From an uncultured bacterium (GTDB taxonomy: Bacteria > Patescibacteriota > Microgenomatia > UBA1400 > PJMF01), in NCBI GenBank assembly GCA_903959355.1, contig CAJBWJ010000032.1, forward strand, positions 1 to 51,838: DNA of 51,838 bases, written 5' to 3'. Shown here one piece after another: positions 9,205 through 17,800 of the stretch (the stretch's first letter is position 1; each line of letters begins with the position of its first letter). Under the pieces are notes generated by a model. The model had not been told where the DNA came from and did no database searches. It saw only the letters and a list, made by a program, of their open reading frames with translations. The translations under genes were made by a program, and so were the position numbers.

Positions 9205-11433
9205 TTACTTTGGAGGGGTGTAGTCGTTTATGCTATAAACACCGTGCTGATCTGGTTTCATTTCTTTTTTTTCTGGTTCGCCAAAAACAGTTTTTATTTT
9301 AAAGTCTTCTTTTGGCTTCTCTTCTTCATTATTTTGGCTTTGGGCAATGTTATTTTCTCTCTTTTCTAATTCATCATCAGGATTAAAAGCGAGGTGGTCA
9401 CTTTTTAAGGCGCTTTCTGCTGTCTTGTCGGCATTCTCCAGCAAATCCTCTTTAACGTCTATTTCTGGGCTTTGCCATTTTGGTTTATTTTGTTTAATTT
9501 CTTCATGTGAATTTTTAAAATCAGCACTATTAACCAATCGCTGTTTTCTAAGCTCTCTTGTTTTTTTATAGCTCTCATAGCTTTCACTTCTTGGTTCTAG
9601 TCCAGAGCTAATTGTCTTTTTTATTTCTTTGTCATCTTTTTGCTTAAGAATTTCTTCTGGGTTAGTGGTGATAACAGCATGTTCTGCTGGAGAGGCGATA
9701 ACTTTAAGCGCGACGTGGTTCTGACCGGCAAAAAAGATGCCCTCACCAACATCCGATGAGACGAGTAGTTGTCTTTCACCCTCAGATAAGTAAAAAGTTT
9801 GAGTTAAGATTGGTACAGAAGCAGTAGATTGTTTCATTAAAAACTGGATGGAAGCGTTAGAGACGATTGCTTTGCCATAGTCATTGTGTAAAAAGTCTTC
9901 CACATCCTGAGTAATAGTGGTGATGCCTAGATAATATTTACGAGCTCTTTTGACCATCGAATAAACAAAGGCTGCGCTATCTGGATGCATCATAAAGTAC
10001 CAAGCCTCATCAATAACAAGAATACGGCGTTTGAGGTTCTTTTTTACTCTAGTCCAGATGAAATCAAGAATCACATACATGGCAATTGGACGAAGTGATT
10101 CTTCCATTTCTTTAACTGAAAAAACTGTAAACTGAGACTGAATGTTGATGTTGGAAGCCTGATCAAAAATTCCACGGAAAGAACCGGTAATAAATTTTTC
10201 CAAACGGGCGGCAATATCATCACTTTCGTCTTGCTCCATACCGATCAGGGCTTTGTATAGATCTTCCATAAGTGGAGGAGTGTTTTTTTGAGTGGCCGGA
10301 TCTGGAGTAATTCCTTTGGCTTTGTAAGCAGCAATAATAGAGCGATCAAGAAGAGCTTCCTGTTGAGGAGTCATTTCGCCAAGCATAACCTTGAGAAGAC
10401 CGTGAATAGAGAGAATTTTTTGGCCTAATTCATTTTCACCTTCTTCGTAGACATTGGACAAGTCGAAAGGATTTATTTTGGCTTTTGAGCCAAATGTAAA
10501 GTTGATGTATTCGCCGCCAACCATTTTGCAGAGTTCCTCATACTCATGCTCAGGATCGAGAACGATAACTTCGGCATCAAACATTAATTGGCGAAGAACC
10601 TCAAGTTTAACGGTATAGGATTTACCGGCACCAGATTTGGCAAAAATAACCATGTTGGCGTTTTCCATTTTAAAGCGATCAAAAATGACCAAAGAATCAT
10701 TGTGCTCGTTGATGCCATAAACGATACCGGTTTCCATGGTTAATTCTGAAGAAGTGAATGGAAAAGTGGTGGCTAGGGAAGTGGTGTCCATGTTTCTGGT
10801 CACAGAAAGACGATCAACTCCCATTGGTAGGGTGGTCTTAAAACCCTCGTCCATCTGTAGGGCTGATTTTTTGGAAACAATCATTAAAGCACCTAGGGTA
10901 CTTTGAATACTTTTGGTAATTTTATCTAGAACTTCTTTGCTGTCGGCACGAACCGTAACGTAAAGACCAAACTGAAAAAATCTCTCTGAGCCAGCTGCCA
11001 ATTGTTCGCGCATGGAGCGAGCATCACTTAATTTAATTTCTGTATTAATGTTGCTGATTTTTCCGGATCTTATATCCGAAGTAATTTCAGCCTCCATTTC
11101 GGTAATTTTTCTCTTTAAATTATCCAAAATATCACCAGTATCAGATGGAAAGACAAACATGGAAATGTTGGCTTGTTGCGGATAGTTAATGAGCGGCGAG
11201 AGCCAGTTGGCTGGAACAGCTCTCGGATAACCAGCCACAAACAATGTTCTAGTATAAGTAGAATTAATTTTTTGGTAAGTAAAATCAACTTCAATGGCTT
11301 CTGGAGCAATAATATCTTGAATGGTGACTAATCCGCGAGAGAATTCACCCAGTTTTTCTTGCGTGTATTTTTCTGCATCTATCTGATTTTGCTCAGTCGA
11401 AGCGGTGGTTTTCTTTTTGCCAAAAAAATTCAT
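9205..11433 (-). CDS. virB4: VirB4/TrbE/CagE-family T4SS ATPase with Lys/Glu-rich C-terminal tail
   Basis: 742 aa. Walker A FAKSGAGKSYT (DNA ~10621-10641) and Walker B RRILVIDEAWYFM (~10001-10030). The organisation is N-domain plus AAA ATPase. The last ~150 aa are low-complexity and charged. Confidence 0.8.
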   Translation of the reverse strand: MNFFGKKKTTASTEQNQIDAEKYTQEKLGEFSRGLVTIQDIIAPEAIEVDFTYQKINSTYTRTLFVAGYPRAVPANWLSPLINYPQQANISMFVFPSDTGDILDNLKRKITEMEAEITSDIRSGKISNINTEIKLSDARSMREQLAAGSERFFQFGLYVTVRADSKEVLDKITKSIQSTLGALMIVSKKSALQMDEGFKTTLPMGVDRLSVTRNMDTTSLATTFPFTSSELTMETGIVYGINEHNDSLVIFDRFKMENANMVIFAKSGAGKSYTVKLEVLRQLMFDAEVIVLDPEHEYEELCKMVGGEYINFTFGSKAKINPFDLSNVYEEGENELGQKILSIHGLLKVMLGEMTPQQEALLDRSIIAAYKAKGITPDPATQKNTPPLMEDLYKALIGMEQDESDDIAARLEKFITGSFRGIFDQASNINIQSQFTVFSVKEMEESLRPIAMYVILDFIWTRVKKNLKRRILVIDEAWYFMMHPDSAAFVYSMVKRARKYYLGITTITQDVEDFLHNDYGKAIVSNASIQFLMKQSTASVPILTQTFYLSEGERQLLVSSDVGEGIFFAGQNHVALKVIASPAEHAVITTNPEEILKQKDDKEIKKTISSGLEPRSESYESYKKTRELRKQRLVNSADFKNSHEEIKQNKPKWQSPEIDVKEDLLENADKTAESALKSDHLAFNPDDELEKRENNIAQSQNNEEEKPKEDFKIKTVFGEPEKKEMKPDQHGVYSINDYTPPK

Positions 11434-11442
11434 ATTATTTTT

Positions 11443-12936
11443 TTATATAGTTTGATTTTGATCTGGTTTTAATTCTGGCTCAAATTTATTTTGTAGTGGA
11501 GTGATTTCTTCTGCGAAATCACTAGCTAGATTATTATCTGGTGTAATTGAATTCGTTGGGTCAGTAGCTGGTTCTAAGCTTGAACTCAAGTTCGAATCTA
11601 AAGCTGGCTCGACAGCTGGCTCAGTAATTGGATTAGCAATTGGTTCTGTAGTTGGCTCGACAGCTGATTGCTCTGACGAAGTCACTGGACTCTGTTCAAC
11701 AAAAGTTTGAGGAAGAGCGACTTCTGGCTCAGAAAGACTAGAATCAATAAGACTAGAATCAAGACTGATGTCTAAATTTTGGTTTATTTCTTGAGCAGGT
11801 TGGATTGCAGGTTGGTTTATTGGAGCCATTTGTTCTGGAACCATTTGTTCTGCCGAGACCTGATTCGGAACAGCAGAGATAACTGGAGCAGTGGGATCAA
11901 TTGCTTGAGTAAATGGTTCAACAACTGTTTCAATGACTGGTTCGACGATTGGATTGACAATCGGTTCAGAAACTAGAGTTGAATCTACAATTGGACTAAT
12001 AATTGGCTGCTGAACTTCTGGGGTTGCTGATTCCATTACTGGTTGAGCAGCTAAGTTTGAAGTGATTGGCAGATCAGTGTTAGTGGTTGTTGGTTCTGCT
12101 GCTGGAAGATTAGCCAGGCTGCTAGCTGGAGCGGTCGGGGCTGGATTGCCGCTTAAGATTTCTTCTGCAGAAGGACCTTGTGGCATTTGTGCGACTGATG
12201 CTGCCTGATCTTGAACTGGGTTGCCAGATTGATTGTTTAATTGCATAAATTTTCCTCCAAAACTCGCCCTAACTAGGGGAGTGGTATAGTTTTCACTACT
12301 ACTTATTTCTTGTCCCTCAACTGCTTCGGGATTGTAATTTATATAAAAATTTTGAATTATTTCTTGAGTGCTAAGTTGTCTCACATACAATCCAAGGCGA
12401 TTGAATTGAGAAGTTAGATGATCTCTTCTCGGCTCTAATATATTGGTGGCCTTTTCTATAAGAACACTCTTTTCAACAGAGCTGATATCAAAAGCATTTT
12501 TTCCAGGCAAAACGCTAGATGGACTAATCAAGCCCATTTCTCCAGGGGTTGCCGGAACAATAATGTAGAAACGTTTTTGCAGAACATTTCTTTCTTTTAT
12601 TAAAGCTGCAACAAAATCTCTATATTGCTTAATCAATGTTGCTTTTCGATCTGAACTTGCTTTTGTGATTTGTTCATCAAGAAGTCTCAGATATTTTGTT
12701 GCGTCTTTGGTTTGGGATTGTATGTTGATTTGAATTGGGTAGTTTAAAGAATTTAGCAAAGATCCATATGTGAAAATAACCGCATCCTGCTCTTGCTCCG
12801 CTAATAAGCTAAAATTCATCGTTCCGACTTGAAGAATTATGGCAGCAGTGCCATCTTTTAATAGAACCATGTCGTTGACAATGTCATAGACATCAAGAAA
12901 TTCTTGAGTAGTTGATCTAATCGCGTTATCGCTCAT
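11443..12936 (-). CDS. VirB4 N-domain-like protein with ~270-aa Pro/Ala/Thr/Glu-rich disordered tail
   Basis: 497 aa. The first ~230 aa (FLDVYDIVNDMVLLKDGTAAIILQVGTMNFSLLAEQEQDAVIFTYGSLLNSLNYPIQINIQSQ...) follow the same pattern as the N-domain of the adjacent VirB4 (VTIQDIIAPEAIEVDFTYQKINSTYTRTLFVAGYPRAVPANWLSPLINYPQQANISMFVFPS...). There is no Walker motif. The remainder is imperfect EP/PI-type low complexity. Confidence 0.45.
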   Translation of the reverse strand: MSDNAIRSTTQEFLDVYDIVNDMVLLKDGTAAIILQVGTMNFSLLAEQEQDAVIFTYGSLLNSLNYPIQINIQSQTKDATKYLRLLDEQITKASSDRKATLIKQYRDFVAALIKERNVLQKRFYIIVPATPGEMGLISPSSVLPGKNAFDISSVEKSVLIEKATNILEPRRDHLTSQFNRLGLYVRQLSTQEIIQNFYINYNPEAVEGQEISSSENYTTPLVRASFGGKFMQLNNQSGNPVQDQAASVAQMPQGPSAEEILSGNPAPTAPASSLANLPAAEPTTTNTDLPITSNLAAQPVMESATPEVQQPIISPIVDSTLVSEPIVNPIVEPVIETVVEPFTQAIDPTAPVISAVPNQVSAEQMVPEQMAPINQPAIQPAQEINQNLDISLDSSLIDSSLSEPEVALPQTFVEQSPVTSSEQSAVEPTTEPIANPITEPAVEPALDSNLSSSLEPATDPTNSITPDNNLASDFAEEITPLQNKFEPELKPDQNQTI

Positions 12937-12960
12937 GAGCTAGCTTTAGTTTACTAAATT

Positions 12961-13815
12961 TTAGGGCTTGATTACAAGGGGATTGAGAATTTCCCCCTTT
13001 AATTCTATTTCAAAGTTTGGATATTTTTGATCATCTTTTTCTGCCAATATTAAATATTTTCCATTTTCAAGAGATTTGTTGATTGCAAAATTACCATCTC
13101 TATCGCTTTTGATTATCCTTAGGCTTTCTTTGCTTTGATTTTGAATTTCAATAATTGCTTGCGGCACTGCTTGTCCCATTCCATCTATTATTAGTCCATA
13201 AATTTGATTTGGCAGATGATCGCTTGTGGAGACAAAGGCTTGAGGAGCTTTAAGCTTTCTAACTCTTATTTTTAAGTCTGGTTTTTCTTGTTTTCTAATT
13301 TCAACTTCAACTTCATCTTGATCAACTTTAACATTGTCGAATTCATTGAGAATGTTACTAATTTTTTGATTTTCTTCTAAATCAAAATCATCTAATTTTT
13401 CATCACTTGGAATGCTTTTTAGATATTCAAAAATTCTTTGTTTTTTAGCGGGGTTTAAATTAACACTTGGTGCAAAGAAGTCTTCTTGAGCGCTTGTAAT
13501 TTTATAATTAAAAAAATCAGGGATTTTACTGGCTTTTTTCCAAAAAAATTTCGTTGGCTTATAAATGTTTTTAAAAAAAGTTTTAATCCAGTGATCCATC
13601 GGTCTTTCTTCCAAAGGAACAAATGCAATTAAGGCTCCTAAGCCGACTGTTAAAAAAATAAGAGGCCATTTAATCATGCCAATTAAGTTAGTTTTAAAGA
13701 TAACAAAAGCAATAATTACAGCCAAGGCCATTTCTCCAAATTGCTTTAGAGTCATCTGACCGATGAGGTGAAATTTATAGTTGGTAATGTCTTGCGGAAT
13801 TGCGTGCTGTTTCAT
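12961..13815 (-). CDS. PrgI/VirB3-like membrane protein fused to a carboxypeptidase-regulatory-like beta-sandwich
   Basis: 284 aa. The N-terminus MKQHAIPQDITNYKFHLIGQMTLKQFGEMALAVIIAFVIF plus a second TM matches the PrgI-family start (P.DI..Y..K..G.TLRQ). The C-terminus IYGLIIDGMGQAVPQAIIEIQNQ...SDRDGNFAINKSLENGKYLILAEK fits the CarboxypepD_reg pattern. Confidence 0.6.
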   Translation of the reverse strand: MKQHAIPQDITNYKFHLIGQMTLKQFGEMALAVIIAFVIFKTNLIGMIKWPLIFLTVGLGALIAFVPLEERPMDHWIKTFFKNIYKPTKFFWKKASKIPDFFNYKITSAQEDFFAPSVNLNPAKKQRIFEYLKSIPSDEKLDDFDLEENQKISNILNEFDNVKVDQDEVEVEIRKQEKPDLKIRVRKLKAPQAFVSTSDHLPNQIYGLIIDGMGQAVPQAIIEIQNQSKESLRIIKSDRDGNFAINKSLENGKYLILAEKDDQKYPNFEIELKGEILNPLVIKP

Positions 13816-13852
13816 CGATTAATCCATTTTAGCAGAAAGGCTTTGGACTTGT

Positions 13853-14860
13853 TTAGTCGTTAACAGCAGCAGCCACTGCTGGGGTAATTATTTCTGCTTC
13901 AATTTTAATTCCACTAGAATTAGTTATTTTTGCCCCAAATCTATAAAAAGGATAGGCAATTTTTAGCTTATCGTCATAGCGATACTCAATTTTTATTGAA
14001 TATAGATCAGCATTATTAATCCAATTAAGATCAATCGCAGAACTAGCTTTACTATCGGCTTTAATAATTGAGGCATTGCCTTTTTTAATATTATTAATTG
14101 ATTGGTCGATAGAAACAGAAGGAAGTTGTTTTAAAATTTGAAAATTTTGGAAAAAATCTCTAAAAACAATTCTTTCCAAAGCATAAGAATTATTTACGCG
14201 GCAAAAGAATGGGTAGTTGTTTTGATTTTCATAAAAAACTTTATAACCGTCTAATTCGTAAGTTAGAGGAATTTGTAAAAAAACAGCTTTTTTAGGATCA
14301 GTGCTGGTTTGTTCAAAACCGCTGTTTAAATAAATAAGATTGTCTCTTTGTGGAACCAGTGGCGATAAGATGTTATATTTGTTGTAGAAATTTAGGCAGG
14401 TAGACAGGGCTTCTTCAGTAACAATGGGTAAATTATCATCTCCTTTATTTTCAGTGACGCTGCTAAAAGTATAGTAGTTTTCGTAACTATTTTTAGTGAG
14501 AGAATTCTTGCTTGCGAGCCAATAATTTGGAATTTTGCTATCGGCTTCAAGCTGATATTCGTTGATTAATTTATTTGCTAGTCCATCAGCTATTCCGGTG
14601 TTGTTCTCTGTTTGATAGACATTAAATAGCTCTGGAATTTCTATTTTACTGCCGCTAAAAGATACTTTTTTGAAGGTGCTTTGAGTGTCGTCGTAATTAT
14701 TAACTACAAAATTATTAGCAATAATTGTCTCAGATGGTGGAGTAATTATGACAAAAACAGCGGCCAAAATTAAGGCGGCAACTATAACAGCAATGACTAT
14801 AAATAAGAAATTTATTTTTTTTAGGCCGTTTTTCTTTGGCTCAGATGTGTGATTTTGCAT
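13853..14860 (-). CDS. bitopic membrane protein, function unknown (positional candidate for VirB8/TcpC-like role)
   Basis: 335 aa. One N-terminal TM (INFLFIVIAVIVAALILAAVFVII) and a ~290-aa extracytoplasmic region. No motif recognised, so the call is by size, topology and position only. Confidence 0.3.
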   Translation of the reverse strand: MQNHTSEPKKNGLKKINFLFIVIAVIVAALILAAVFVIITPPSETIIANNFVVNNYDDTQSTFKKVSFSGSKIEIPELFNVYQTENNTGIADGLANKLINEYQLEADSKIPNYWLASKNSLTKNSYENYYTFSSVTENKGDDNLPIVTEEALSTCLNFYNKYNILSPLVPQRDNLIYLNSGFEQTSTDPKKAVFLQIPLTYELDGYKVFYENQNNYPFFCRVNNSYALERIVFRDFFQNFQILKQLPSVSIDQSINNIKKGNASIIKADSKASSAIDLNWINNADLYSIKIEYRYDDKLKIAYPFYRFGAKITNSSGIKIEAEIITPAVAAAVND

Positions 14861-14876
14861 ATTTTTATTCCTATTT

Positions 14877-17800
14877 TTAATCGTAGCAACTAGTTACATG
14901 ATCACCAACTTTAGCAGGAGAATTACCATTGTCTGTCTCTGGCATTAGCTGTTCAATGGCTGAGCTTGCTGGTTTTGATCCCCACCAACCGCCCCCCGCA
15001 TCAATTACTGTTCCAAAATGTGAGTGCACATCTCCGATTCCTCTGTTGCTCATTAGTCCAATCATAAAGCCAGCTTCAACCTGCATGCAGGTGTTTGGAG
15101 TACTAAGGGCTGGGTTTGGTTCCTGAAAGTGAGCAAAGTCTTCATAGTAGGTTTGACCTTCGTATTGAAATTCCAGTATGTATCTACATCCATATTGATT
15201 GTCATCGCATCTCTTGAAACAAAGGTTTCCATCAAAATTAGCGTAAACTGGTGGGCCATAGATAGCTGCTCCGGAACAACCATCACAACCAATGTCATAA
15301 CTATCACCAAAACCACCAGCATTTGGAGGGCTGTGGCTGTAATCTCCGAATGGTAATTGCCAGATTGTTCCTGTTGACGGCCAACATCCGGCACCAGCGC
15401 TACAATTTCCAAGACAAACTCTCGCCGCAGTTGTAACGTTATCTGTTCCAGACATAAAAGAGTTTTGATAATAAAAATTAGCCTCAATGGTATTGAGAAT
15501 AGCAGTGTGATTGTAGTTAGAATCCAACTCATCTAGAGTGTAAGTAAATGTTAGGCTTTCGCCGGCTGGAATTACAATAACGCCATCTGTTGGAACTGTT
15601 TCTGATGGAGTCGGTGTTATTTCTCCAGAGCCAATAGTTGGCGTAGGGGTAGTACTAAGCGGAGTGTTTGTTAAACCTCCCTGTTCTTTGATCAAATCTT
15701 TAAAATAATCAAAATCCAAAAGCTTCTCACTCGGAATACTTGGCATGGCCTGACCAGCTTCTTCCCAGCCTTTTTTACTCTGTTTAAACTTAATTGTGTC
15801 TTTTATATCGGTGATTTGTAGTGAAAAATCTTCTTTTGGTTTAATAGTGACAGTGTATTCTATGGAAAGAGGGAAGGATGGATTTTCACATTTAGCCCCA
15901 TCGTTCTCTGGGCTGGCACAACCAGTTTTAATAACTGCGGTTTTGTTAATTTCTGCGTATTTAGATGTCTTTTCACCGCCAGCTCCTCCATTTATTTCTG
16001 ATTCATTTTTTGGAAAATCTGTTAAAAAAGCTGAGTTTAAACTTGTTTGATAAATAAAAATAAAAATAGTGCTTGCTCCAACGGTGGCAATGACAGCCTG
16101 TCCAGCTGTGGCCATTGCCGAAGAAGAGAATTGATTCATTAGGGTCTTGGCTCCTTGAGGAAATTGAGCTCCAGCTCCTTGTCCTTGTGCAGCTGCTCTC
16201 TGTGCCAAGTTAGTTCCGCTTTGACTGCCAAAACCTCCAATTCCTTCACCAATCTTACCAAGAGCTTTTTCTGCTCCAGAGAAGAAATCCTTTATCCCCG
16301 CAAATCCATTGCGCAGCATAATGGCTGCAGGAGCCAGAAGCAATAATAAGGGCAGCATTGAGCTGAGTGCGGCTAGAACAGCGAGCGCAACCAGCCACGG
16401 CCAATTTTTTTTGATAAACTCCAGAACTTTTTCTAAACCCATTTCAATGAGCTGGTTTTTAATTTGTTTAAGAATAGGAATGGAGGCTTCTGCTGCCAAA
16501 AGACCCTCTCCAAATCCAGGAATTAAATAAAGAGCGTCTCCTATGGCTTCAGCAGCTAGTCTTTTACCTGTCTGTCCGATAGCGCTGTCCATGAGGCCGG
16601 TACCGTGATACTCGGTTTCTGGGTCAAAAGCTTGTTGAACATAGCCACTTTCGTCTCTAGCAAAAGCCCCGGGACCAAAAGCTTCTCCAGCCTGGATCAT
16701 ATACAGATCCATTGGGTTTATTTGAGGAAGAATGGTAGTTTCAAAAATTTGAATATTATATGTTGTGTAGGCAACACCAGGCATATAAAACTCAAAGTAA
16801 ACCTTCATGGTTTTTTGCTGTTCAGCTGGTTTAAGTTCTGCTAGCTTGGCTGATAAATATTTAGAAATTAAGTCTTTTTGTTGGGCTTTAAAATCTTCTG
16901 CTGCTTTGTTGTCGACTAATCCATCTAATTCGTCCAATTCGTTTAGTTCTCCTGCATTTTCAGCGAGTTCTTCAGCAGTTGATCTTCCGCCAGTGTAATT
17001 AAGAGTGGTTCCTAAATTGCGTAAAACAGCAGCTCTTTTTGGATCTTTTTTGATTTTTTCATAAAGCTTTTGCGCTTCTTCTGGAGTTAGCTTCTCTTGA
17101 CTGAATTCTTCTCTAATTTCTTTGGCCCAAATAGCTCTTTTGCGTTTCCAATAAAAAATAATTAAATTAGCAAGTTCTTCTTTATGTTCATTAAATTGTT
17201 TTTGATCTATGTCGTTACCAAAAATATTTTTAAAGCGGTTGTAGTCAAAATTCTTTGGATCAGGAATAAGATATTCTGGAGGCAAACCTTGTTGAATCAA
17301 AAGCTCAATAATTGAGCGGGTATTATTTACAATACGCTCGTTTGTTACGCTGTCGTATCCAATAATTCCACTCAATTTCTCTAGAAGAGTTTTGTCCAAT
17401 TGCTGTTCGTTATTGATGATGTCCAATTCTCTTTCAATAACTCTGGCGAAATCAGGATTGGCGGCAGTTTTATCTATCTGTTTTTGAGCAGCTTCTGTGC
17501 TCAATATATTTTCTTTATCGTTTTTTATTCTTTGGCTGATTTTATCTTTAGTGAGTTTTTTCTTTTCATTTTCTTTAGTTCTTTTTTCAGCGCCTTTGCC
17601 TCTCATGGCAATATCGCGCACAGCGGAATTAATCAAGTTTAGCCCATGAACATCCATTAATAAGCCAAGAGCAGCTTGATTACTAAAGTTAATTCTTTGA
17701 GATGAGTCGCTAATGAGTTTGTCTAAAGAAAATTCGCCACCAAGCAATAACGTTTCAACTTGCAGAAAAGAGCGATCCATTAATTGACGACGAATTTCGA

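Noticed and set aside
11443-12250. Possible tandem DNA repeat or CRISPR-like periodicity in the Pro-rich coding region
   Set aside because: The repeats are short, imperfect and in-frame (EP/PI/TEP codons) with no constant repeat/spacer structure. This is coding low complexity. No CRISPR array was seen anywhere in the window.
15062-15532. 156-aa same-strand alternative-frame ORF inside the 1283-aa gene, with similar cases at 19283-19753 and 23014-23433
   Set aside because: They are fully embedded in long ORFs, with no independent signals and no recognisable motifs.
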